Assembly (NCBI GenBank): GCA_050174015.1 | Contig: JBFXKG010000006.1 | Coordinates: 157,219-221,218 of the forward strand | Reading direction: 5' to 3' | Length of the DNA stretch: 64,000 nucleotides | DNA from: Candidatus Krumholzibacteriia bacterium | Lineage (GTDB): Bacteria > Krumholzibacteriota > Krumholzibacteriia > LZORAL124-64-63 | In this document: one piece after another, positions 1 through 8,760 of the stretch | Position numbering within the stretch: position 1 is the first letter of the stretch | Layout of the letters: each line of letters opens with the position of its first letter | The notes under the pieces: model-generated | Told to the model about the DNA's origin: nothing | Seen by the model: the letters and a program-made list of their open reading frames with translations, nothing else | The model's database searches: none | Made by a program: the position numbers and the translations under genes

Positions 1-69
1 GCGGTCAGGGGAGAGGAGGGAATTTGGAGGACAATTTCCCCAAAAGGGGACGGCGGGGGAACGGAAGTG

Positions 70-141
70 AAAAAAGAAAAGAGCCCCACCTTTCGGTGAC
101 CCGATCTTGAATCTCGCCTTTTCAAGATCGGTTGGGCTCTT
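70..141 (-). terminator. Intrinsic terminator with a branched (three-way junction) stem
   Basis: Minus strand AAGAGCCC...GGGCTCTT followed by TTCTTTTTT; encloses two internal hairpins. Confidence 0.75.
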
Positions 142-395
142 GTCCTGGGATCCGGTGACCGGATCCATCAACTCTTCTGACCCGTGTTTCGGGAGGGACG
201 TCCTGGATTCTCTCTCGTCGGCAGAGACGAGTTGCTCAGACCCCACCTCTTCGCAAACATCCCGCCGGCACTTCTTGTTGAGAATCCCTCCGTTGCCGGT
301 AAGCAGTGGAGGGTTGGGACGCCGACCTCCCGAAAACACGATTTTTCCGTTGCGTCAAACTCTTCAAAGAGGATCCCTGTTAGCTCACCCCTTCT
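70..395 (-). ncRNA. Putative sigma54-dependent structured ncRNA (~325 nt), no family recognised
   Basis: Lies between a -24/-12 promoter (406-422) and a stem plus U-tract (70-141). Helices: 79-86/134-141, 87-90/95-98 (GAAA loop on minus strand), 101-111/121-131, 148-155/159-166, 183-203/317-340, 205-212/280-287, 214-219/226-231. No convincing ORF. Confidence 0.6.
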
Positions 396-405
396 GGCCT
401 ACTAC

Positions 406-422
406 AGCACGGTGCGTACCAA
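406..422 (-). promoter_or_regulatory. Sigma54 (-24/-12) promoter
   Basis: Minus strand TTGGTACGCACCGTGCT has exact GG-N10-GC spacing and is close to the consensus YTGGCACG-N4-TTGCW; it sits just downstream of a bEBP gene; predicted TSS ~395. Confidence 0.7.
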
Positions 423-440
423 TAACCCGGGATCAGGATG

Positions 441-595
441 ATATTTTAATTCATTGCAAAAAAACGACTTGTACGATCGGACGAAGGGGGTGAACACACG
501 GCCGGATCCGGGACTATCAACAATTTTTACAACCAGGAGGACCATCCACGCAAGTCATTGAAAAATAATGAATTAACTGATAAAATAATATTACA
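441..595. promoter_or_regulatory. AT-rich upstream region with IHF-like sites and candidate enhancer (UAS)
   Basis: One-mismatch matches to WATCAANNNNTTR (TATCAACAATTTT ~515-527; minus strand TTTCAATGACTTG 551-563); inverted pair TAATTCATT 447-455 / AATGAATTA 567-575. Confidence 0.45.
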
Positions 596-628
596 GAAGG
601 GGGCGGGCAAAACCCGGGAGTTTACAGA

Positions 629-3600
629 TCAGCGGTCCAGGCCGAAATGGCGGATCTTCTTGAGAAGATTCGGGTAGCTGATCTTCAGCATCCGGGCGGT
701 GGCCGATTTGTTGCCCTCGTTGACCCGCAGGGCGCGGGCGATCTCCTGGCACTCGATGCCGGCGAGGGTCTCCTTGAGGGGAGGGACGGCGCTGCCTGCG
801 CCGGTCGCCTGCAATCCGGAAGGGATGAAACCGTCGGGCAGGTGCTCCCCGCGCAGGGCGCGATCGCCCCTGGCCAGGACGATGGCCCGCTTGAGGACCT
901 TTTCCAGTTCACGGACGTTGCCGGGCCAATCATGACCCTGGAGCATCTGCAGGAAGGCCCGATCGATCTCGGGGGCATCCATGTCCATCTCGTGGCTGAA
1001 ACGTTCCACGAAATGCCTGGCCAGCAAGCCGATATCGTCCACCCGTTCCCTGAGAGGCGGAATGAGCAGGGGGAAGTCCAGGAGCCGGTAGTAGAGGTCC
1101 TCCAGGAAGAGCCCTTGCCGGGACATTTCATGGAGATCGCTCTTGGACGCGCAGAGGACCCGGACGTCGACGGCGAACTCGACGTTTGAGCCGACGGGCC
1201 GGACCACCTTGGTGTCGAGGAAGTGCAGCAGCTTGCCCTGCATGCCCAGGCTCATCTTCCCCACTTCGTCGAGAAAGACGGTCCCGCCCTCGGCTTCGGC
1301 CAGGAGCCCCCGCTTGTCGCTGTAGGCCCCGGTGAAGCTACCCTTCTTGTGTCCGAACAGTTCGCTTTCGAGCAGCGATTCGGGAATGGCCGCGCAATTG
1401 ATGGCCAGGAATTTCCTGTCCGCCCGCTTGCTGAGGGCGTGGATGGAATAGGCCAGCAGACCCTTGCCGGTGCCCGTCTCACCGTTCAGCAGGACGGTCA
1501 GGTTGCTGGGCGCCACCTTGCGCGCGAGCCCGAGAACATCGAGCATCTTGGCGTTCTGGGTGATGATGTTCTCGAAGCTCTCGACCCGTTCGATGGGCGT
1601 CGCCTCGGCGGCATCCCCGTTGCCCCTGCCCTTCTCGTGGAGGAAGAGGGCGAGGAAACCCATGTAGGTGGCCAGGAAATCGAGCGAGCTGCGGTCGAAG
1701 CCCGGAGTTCCGGCGACCCCACCCTGCCGGTTGGCCAGAAAGAGCAGCCCGAACCGGCGCTCATGCAGGGCGATGGGCATGAAGACGCAGGATTCCGCCT
1801 CGCCGATCACCGCGGGGACCTCGCGGACCAGCGGGTTCGCAGCGTCGAGCCTGGAAAAGAGGGTGGTTCCTTCGCGGTTTCCCGTCGCCAGTTCCCGGTC
1901 GAACCAGCGGGTCAGCTGCAGGCAAAGGTTCTCGGTCAGGCCGTGCCTGGCTGCGATGGTGGTCCGCCCCGCCTCGTCGTCCCCGTCGACCATGGCGATG
2001 AAACCCGAATCCGCCTGGACCTTCTCCAGCCCGGCCGTCAGCACCGATCCGAGATTCCTGGGCACCGACTGGTCGGAACGGGCGTACAGTCCAGGAAGGG
2101 CGGACAGGGCTCCCAGATGACTCTGGGTGCGGGTCACTCCCCCCAGCAAGCCGCTCTCGATGGTGTCGCGCAGGTCGACCACGGACTTGTCCAGGTCCGC
2201 ATCATCAAAACCGGCCGCGTAACGCTCGAGCTCGAACACGGTCAACAAGGCGTCGTCGAACTGCTCGAGCCGGATCTGGACCAGACCCAGGCTCCTCAGC
2301 ACCCGGCAGAGCATCTGGTCGCTGACCGAGGATGCGCCGTTCTCCTGGGCGTCCATGAGGTATCGCCGCAGCAACAGGAGTTCGGCCTCCTGGGCGCTCG
2401 CCAGGCGGTACTCGGCGAAATCCAGGATGGCCTGGCACCAGAGGTGGGTCAGTCCCTGCTCACTGAAGACCGCGATGGCCTGGCGGAAATGATGGTCGGA
2501 CTGGGTCCGGTCGTCCATGCGGGCGTAGGCGCGGCCCATGGTCAGGTGACAGAAACCGACCTCGTAGGCTTCGCCGCACTTCTCGCAGACGGCGATGGAG
2601 GCCTGGCTGAACGCCACGGCCTGGTCGAGGTCCCCGGACTGCAGGTGGGCCTCGCCCATGCGTCTCAGGATTTCGCCCTCGAGATCGTTGCCCGAGGCGA
2701 TCCGCTTCGACTTCTCCAGACCGATCTGGTAGTTGTAGAGGGCCTTGTCCCAGTCACCCCGGCCGAGAATGACGTCACCGAGGTACTCGTCCGCGATGGT
2801 CGCTTCGCGGAGGAAGCCGTTCTCCTCGGCGTGGGCCTTGCCGTCGAGGAGGAGTTCCTCGGCCCGGGCCAGGCGCCCCGACAGGGTCTCGAGGCGGCCC
2901 ATGGCCAGAAGCAGGCGGGTCCGGCGCATCCTGTCGCCCAGACTCGTCGCCAGGCGCAGACCCTTGTCCAGCTGGGCGCGGGACTCGCCGAGCCGGTTGG
3001 TCTTCTGCAGGATGATCCCCTTGTTCAGGTAGAACCCGGGCAGGAGGTGGCTGGCCCCGATGGTGTGGGCCAGTTCCACGGCCCGGTCCATCAGGTCGAG
3101 GGCCTTGTCCCACCGGCAGCGGATCTTGTTCAGGAGCGCCAGGTTGTTCAACAGGTTGGCCACGCCCAGGTCGTTGCCGATACGCCGGAAGGTGGAGAGC
3201 CCGTCGTTGTAGAATTCCTCGGCCTTGGCCAGACGCCCCAGCCGCATGTAGCAGATCCCCATGCCGACCTGGAGGACCGCGACGTCCGCATGCAGATCGG
3301 TCATGGCCAGGATGGCGAAGGCCTTCTTGGACAGGTTCAGGGCGTCGTTGAGGCGCCCCCGTTCACGCAGGGCGATCGCGCGCCGGGTCTGGAAGATGGC
3401 GCGATTGACCGCGCTGAGGTCGGGATCGGCGAGCTGGCCGGTGACCGCGAGAATCTCATCGGCCCGATCGAGCAGGAGATCGACCTGATTGAAGTCACCG
3501 ACCAGGATGGTGGAATCCACGCTCTTGCGCAGGACGCGCAGGGCCTGCTCGACGGGCATCTGGCCCAGGACGGCTGAATCGTAGAGCTGGCGGTAGTAAT

Positions 3601-3751
3601 CGAGGGCTGAGGAATAGGCGGACGCGTGGAAGTGAAGGTCCCCGACCTCTTCCAGGCGGCCCCAGTCCGCGGCATTCAACGGGCGCAGAAGCTTGGAGCG
3701 ATCTGCACCGGATTCCCATTGACCTTCGAATCGGTCTCGCATCAACCGCAT
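629..3751 (-). CDS. TPR-repeat / GAF-like / sigma54 AAA+ / Fis-HTH enhancer-binding protein
   Basis: ~530 aa of TPR-like helical repeats, GAF-like segment (FMPIALHERRFGLLFL), [37 protein letters not shown]-terminal HTH; no receiver domain. Confidence 0.92.
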   Translation of the reverse strand: MRLMRDRFEGQWESGADRSKLLRPLNAADWGRLEEVGDLHFHASAYSSALDYYRQLYDSAVLGQMPVEQALRVLRKSVDSTILVGDFNQVDLLLDRADEILAVTGQLADPDLSAVNRAIFQTRRAIALRERGRLNDALNLSKKAFAILAMTDLHADVAVLQVGMGICYMRLGRLAKAEEFYNDGLSTFRRIGNDLGVANLLNNLALLNKIRCRWDKALDLMDRAVELAHTIGASHLLPGFYLNKGIILQKTNRLGESRAQLDKGLRLATSLGDRMRRTRLLLAMGRLETLSGRLARAEELLLDGKAHAEENGFLREATIADEYLGDVILGRGDWDKALYNYQIGLEKSKRIASGNDLEGEILRRMGEAHLQSGDLDQAVAFSQASIAVCEKCGEAYEVGFCHLTMGRAYARMDDRTQSDHHFRQAIAVFSEQGLTHLWCQAILDFAEYRLASAQEAELLLLRRYLMDAQENGASSVSDQMLCRVLRSLGLVQIRLEQFDDALLTVFELERYAAGFDDADLDKSVVDLRDTIESGLLGGVTRTQSHLGALSALPGLYARSDQSVPRNLGSVLTAGLEKVQADSGFIAMVDGDDEAGRTTIAARHGLTENLCLQLTRWFDRELATGNREGTTLFSRLDAANPLVREVPAVIGEAESCVFMPIALHERRFGLLFLANRQGGVAGTPGFDRSSLDFLATYMGFLALFLHEKGRGNGDAAEATPIERVESFENIITQNAKMLDVLGLARKVAPSNLTVLLNGETGTGKGLLAYSIHALSKRADRKFLAINCAAIPESLLESELFGHKKGSFTGAYSDKRGLLAEAEGGTVFLDEVGKMSLGMQGKLLHFLDTKVVRPVGSNVEFAVDVRVLCASKSDLHEMSRQGLFLEDLYYRLLDFPLLIPPLRERVDDIGLLARHFVERFSHEMDMDAPEIDRAFLQMLQGHDWPGNVRELEKVLKRAIVLARGDRALRGEHLPDGFIPSGLQATGAGSAVPPLKETLAGIECQEIARALRVNEGNKSATARMLKISYPNLLKKIRHFGLDR

Positions 3752-3823
3752 CCCTTGGCGAGGAAGTGGATCGGTTATTCTGGTCTCACGCTCGTCCCGA
3801 GCCCATCGGCCCCAATGTTCTTC

Positions 3824-4141
3824 TCAAGGCGCCAGGTTGAGTCGCAGGAGCAGTTGGAGCAGGATTTCCAGGAAATCCAGGTCCACGCCGTCGCAACCCT
3901 GGTTGTCCAGACTGAACCGGTCATCGTCGAAGCCCAGCCCGTCACCCGCGTCCCCGGGGTCCCCCTCGGAGCCGTCGCCGGAGGTTCCCGAAACCTCCAG
4001 GACCTGGCCGCCGGAACCGCCAATGGTTTCGTTGGAACTGGATCCCGGACCACCGGATGGCTGATCGGTGGCCGCCATGAGAGCGTCGGGACCGACGCTC
4101 CACATGATCAGAAGACCCAATAGTAGAAGGACCCTTTTCAT
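3824..4141 (-). CDS. Small secreted acidic Gly/Ser/Asp-rich protein (105 aa) with hydrophobic C-terminus
   Basis: RBS GAGGAG before ATG 4141; signal-peptide-like MKRVLLLLGLLIMWSVGPDALMA; low-complexity acidic core; tail FLEILLQLLLRLNLAP. Confidence 0.75.
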   Translation of the reverse strand: MKRVLLLLGLLIMWSVGPDALMAATDQPSGGPGSSSNETIGGSGGQVLEVSGTSGDGSEGDPGDAGDGLGFDDDRFSLDNQGCDGVDLDFLEILLQLLLRLNLAP

Positions 4142-4258
4142 GGCCGTCTCCTCTAACGAAACTTCCCGTCGGCTGAACGGGTCTTCCCCTGCCATCCTTG
4201 CCCCAAGGGGAAAGACCTGATTCTATGTTCATTTTATTACGGAAATTATCCCCAACCG

Positions 4259-5623
<1,365 letters not shown>

Positions 5624-5772
5624 GCTGGCCCCTCTTGGTGGCGGAGGAAAACCGGTCTTGCCGCGGGCGACTCCCGCCGTGACATTGTGGGCTGGTCCCG
5701 TCCCTGGCCACAGGATGCACTTGACCGGACGGGGGTGTCAAGAATGGCACCCGGAGCCGTGGAGAGTCGAAC

Positions 5773-6840
5773 GTGTTGAAACCGCTGCTGCATTCCCTTG
5801 TTCCCGAGGAACTGGAGGACGCGGTCGCCGCCGCCGGCCAGCCGGCCTGGCGCGGCCGCCAGCTCCGGGACTGGCTCCATCGCCATCCCGTGGAGGACTG
5901 GGCGGCCATGTCCAACGTTCCGGGCCCCCTCCGCCGGGCCCTGGCCGAAAAGTACGATCTGTGGGGCCTGGTCCCCACGGAACGGCAGGTCTCCCGGGAC
6001 GGGACGCGCAAGTTCCTGTTCACCCTGCGGGACGGCGCCACGGTCGAGAGCGTGATCATACCCATGAACGACCACGTGACCTTCTGCATCTCGTCCCAGG
6101 TCGGCTGCGCCATGGCCTGCCGGTTCTGCGCCACCGCCCGCGGCGGTCTGGTGCGGAACCTCGAACCCGGGGAGATCGTCCAGCAGGTCCTCCAGCTCCT
6201 CGCGGACCTCCGGGATGAACCGATGGCCGGCATGGGCGATCGGCAACCCAACGTCGTGTTCATGGGCATGGGCGAACCCCTGGACAACTTCCCGGCGGTG
6301 GAGCGGAGCCTCCGGATCATGCAGCACGAGGGGGGCCTCGGCATTTCCCGCAGGCGCATCAGGATCTCGACCAGCGGACCCGGGGAGGGTCTGGAGATGC
6401 TGCTGGGATCGGACCTGCAGGTCGGCCTGACCCTGAGCATCGGGGGCAGCGACGACCAGGAACGCCGGCGCATCATGCCCGTGCCCGGTCGGACGTCCCT
6501 GGCCCGAGCCGTGGACCTGGCCGCGGAATACGCCGCCCGGGTGCGGCGCCGGACGACCGTCGCCTGGGTCATGATCGAGGGCAGGACCGACGAACCGGAA
6601 CAGGCCCGCCGCATCGCGGCCCTTCTCGCCGGCCGCCCCTTCAAGGTCAACCTGATCCCCCTGAATCCCCTGGACGACGACAAGCTCGCGTCCCCGCCGT
6701 TCCAGAAGATCCTGGCCTTCCAGTCCATCCTCAAGGATGCGGGCGTGGACACCTTCATCCGGGCCAGCGGGGGCCAGGACATCGCCGCAGCCTGCGGACA
6801 GCTCAGGCGCCGGCGATCGACGGTCGATCCGAGCAAGTAA
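5773..6840 (+). CDS. rlmN: 23S rRNA (adenine2503-C2)-methyltransferase, radical SAM
   Basis: CISSQVGCAMACRFC, MGMGEP, DIAAACGQL. Confidence 0.95.
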   Translation: MLKPLLHSLVPEELEDAVAAAGQPAWRGRQLRDWLHRHPVEDWAAMSNVPGPLRRALAEKYDLWGLVPTERQVSRDGTRKFLFTLRDGATVESVIIPMNDHVTFCISSQVGCAMACRFCATARGGLVRNLEPGEIVQQVLQLLADLRDEPMAGMGDRQPNVVFMGMGEPLDNFPAVERSLRIMQHEGGLGISRRRIRISTSGPGEGLEMLLGSDLQVGLTLSIGGSDDQERRRIMPVPGRTSLARAVDLAAEYAARVRRRTTVAWVMIEGRTDEPEQARRIAALLAGRPFKVNLIPLNPLDDDKLASPPFQKILAFQSILKDAGVDTFIRASGGQDIAAACGQLRRRRSTVDPSK

Positions 6841-6870
6841 AAGAGCCCTCCCCACGTCGGGGGAGGGCTC
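6839..6870 (-). terminator. Intrinsic terminator hairpin between convergent rlmN and rrf2 genes
   Basis: GAGCCCTCCCC-6nt-GGGGAGGGCTC, 11-bp stem, TTTT follows on the minus strand. Confidence 0.7.
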
Positions 6871-6893
6871 CGGAATTCCAGCGAACAGGCTCG

Positions 6894-7292
6894 TCAGATG
6901 ACGTCGGCCAGGTTGGTCTGATCCAGGGCGCCGACCAGGGCGTCCTGGGCCCTCCTCCAGACGTCGGCCACCTGGCAGGTGTCCGCGTCCTTGCAGGGAT
7001 CGACCTTCCGCAGGCAGTGATTGAGGGCGATGCCGCCTTCGCAGACTTCCACGATCTCCCTCAAGGAGATCTCGGCCGCGGGCTTGCCGAGACTGAAGCC
7101 CCCCTTGACCCCCCGGTGGGACTTCACGATCCCCGCCTGGGCCAGCATCTGGAAGATCTTGGCCAGGAATGCCTCCGAAACCTCGCAGGATCCCGCGATG
7201 ACCTTCAACTGGACCGGGGCGTCCTGTTCCCTGCGGGCCAGTTCCTGTAGACCGCGGATGGCGTATTCGGTCTGCCTGGTGATTTGCATCAT
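6894..7292 (-). CDS. Rrf2-family transcriptional regulator with three C-terminal Cys (probably Fe-S binding)
   Basis: YAIRGL, SHRGVKGGFSL, C-x6-C-x5-C. Confidence 0.92.
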   Translation of the reverse strand: MMQITRQTEYAIRGLQELARREQDAPVQLKVIAGSCEVSEAFLAKIFQMLAQAGIVKSHRGVKGGFSLGKPAAEISLREIVEVCEGGIALNHCLRKVDPCKDADTCQVADVWRRAQDALVGALDQTNLADVI

Positions 7293-7367
7293 GGCGCGTT
7301 ACCCCTAATGGTCGAGGAGGGTTCTTGGCGTGTACCTTGTTGAAAAATGGTATGCTGGAAACAAATG

Positions 7368-8603
7368 TCAACCTCCCGCCTTTATTCCGCAGGCCAGGAT
7401 CTTGGCGGCCATCCGGGAGAGGGGCGGCGTGGCCGGATCCCCCTGGCGGCCGACCCCTCGAACGCGGCTCCCAGCGTATACCGGAAATAAAGCACCTGTT
7501 AAGTCTTTTTTTGCGTCCTCGGGGTCATGATCACCCAGGGTCGGCAGATCCAGGACGTGGACCCTGATCCCCAGTCGATGGCGGGTGATGGTGTGCGTCA
7601 CCGTCCCCGCGGCAGCAAAGGTTCCGGCCGGGATGGGAGGCAACCCCAGGGAGGCGAGGTAGGGTCCCCACACCTGCGCGGGGTCCCAGGCGACCTTTTC
7701 ATCCTCCCTGAACCAGGCGGTGGTGGGCGGCCCCCGGAACCCCCGGTTCAAGCTGCTGAAATCGGAACGGAAGACCTCCGCTCCGCGCGGAGCCATCCCG
7801 GCCGGGGGCGCCCCGGAGGGAACGAGCAGGACGGCGTCCCCCGCTCTGAGGACAAGCGCGGCCAGCATGATCCGGATGGAGCCGGGCCTGGATGCGGCCG
7901 CCGGCACCTGGTCCGCCCGGCCGCCCTGGCCGGCCCGGCAGTGGCCGAGGACCGGGCATTCCCTGCACCGCGGACTGCGGGCGGTGCAGAACGAGGAGCC
8001 CAGGTCCATGATCGCCTCGTTCCAATCCCCGGGGCGGTCCTCATCCACGAGTTCCTCCGACAGGGCCCGCAGGTCCCGCGGGGAGATCCCGTCCGCTTCG
8101 AGGGGCTCGGCGCAGACCCAGCGCAGCAGGACCCTCCTGGCGTTGGCGTCCACCGCGGGGACCCGCTCCCCCAGGGCCATGCTTGCGATGGCCCCGGCGG
8201 CGTAGTCCCCGATCCCGGGCAGGCTCGCCCACTCCTCGGCGGAGTCGGGCAGGACTCCGCCGCGCTCCCGGACCACGACCCCTGCGGCCTGGTGCAGCAG
8301 GCGGGCGCGGCGGTAGTATCCCAGGCCCGACCACAGGGCGAGGACCTCGTCCTCCGACGCGGCGGCCAGGGCCGCGGGATCGGGAAACCTCTCCAGGAAC
8401 GCCAGGAAGTAGGGCCTCACCGCGGCGACGGTGGTCTGCTGGAGCATGATCTCGGAGATCCAGGTGCGGTACGGGGTGCGGCCCCGTCGCCACGGCAGGT
8501 CCCTGCCGTTGCGGTCGAACCAGGCCAACAGGTCACGACGCAGGGCCGGGAAGTCGAGGCCGCGGCAAGGGCTGAGCCTGCCTGTCGAGTCGGATCCGGT
8601 CAT
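7368..8603 (-). CDS. mutY: A/G-specific adenine glycosylase
   Basis: WISEIMLQQT, WSGLGYYRRA, HhH LPGIGDY, VDAN, C-x6-C-x2-C-x5-C; start chosen at ATG 8603 with RBS. Confidence 0.9.
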   Translation of the reverse strand: MTGSDSTGRLSPCRGLDFPALRRDLLAWFDRNGRDLPWRRGRTPYRTWISEIMLQQTTVAAVRPYFLAFLERFPDPAALAAASEDEVLALWSGLGYYRRARLLHQAAGVVVRERGGVLPDSAEEWASLPGIGDYAAGAIASMALGERVPAVDANARRVLLRWVCAEPLEADGISPRDLRALSEELVDEDRPGDWNEAIMDLGSSFCTARSPRCRECPVLGHCRAGQGGRADQVPAAASRPGSIRIMLAALVLRAGDAVLLVPSGAPPAGMAPRGAEVFRSDFSSLNRGFRGPPTTAWFREDEKVAWDPAQVWGPYLASLGLPPIPAGTFAAAGTVTHTITRHRLGIRVHVLDLPTLGDHDPEDAKKDLTGALFPVYAGSRVRGVGRQGDPATPPLSRMAAKILACGIKAGG

Positions 8604-8760
8604 TCCCGTCCTCTCATGGGTGATTGACAAATCCGGCCCGGCCGGGTAAGCATGGCGGGCACTGGTTTCCCGGGAAAGCAAAGCTGGCCAGCCCGGCGAC
8701 CGCATTCGCCGCGCCCGCCACCCCGACGGCCGCCCCAAACCCCAGACCGCGGAGATTCCC

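Noticed and set aside
168..260. 30-aa minus-strand ORF MFAKRWGLSNSSLPTRENPGRPSRNTGQKS inside the structured RNA
   Set aside because: Weak SD, runs through strong helices, no recognisable motif; not called, though a dual-function RNA cannot be excluded without homologs.
340..380. Possible c-di-GMP-I riboswitch (GACGCAA on the minus strand), or tmRNA/RNase P identity for the RNA
   Set aside because: No GGCAAA/GAAA P2 element and receptor, no tRNA-like ends, and no GAGGAAAGUCC core.
107..493. Plus-strand ORFs 107-493 and 184-441
   Set aside because: Non-ATG starts, atypical composition, and antisense to the promoter-terminator unit.
1223..3577. Long antisense or alternative-frame ORFs (also 8614-11076, 29331-31643, 35654-38656, 48518-50911)
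   Set aside because: Shadow ORFs typical of high-GC codon usage, overlapping well-supported genes.
4081..4100. Perfect 9-bp inverted repeat GAGCGTCGG-GA-CCGACGCTC in the peptide gene
   Set aside because: Single GC-rich hairpin in coding sequence with no U-tract; may be chance.
5720..5760. CTTGAC-N11-GTCAAG palindrome and TGGCAC upstream of rlmN
   Set aside because: The palindrome is explained by two divergent -35 boxes; TGGCAC lacks the GC at -12, so it is not a sigma54 promoter.
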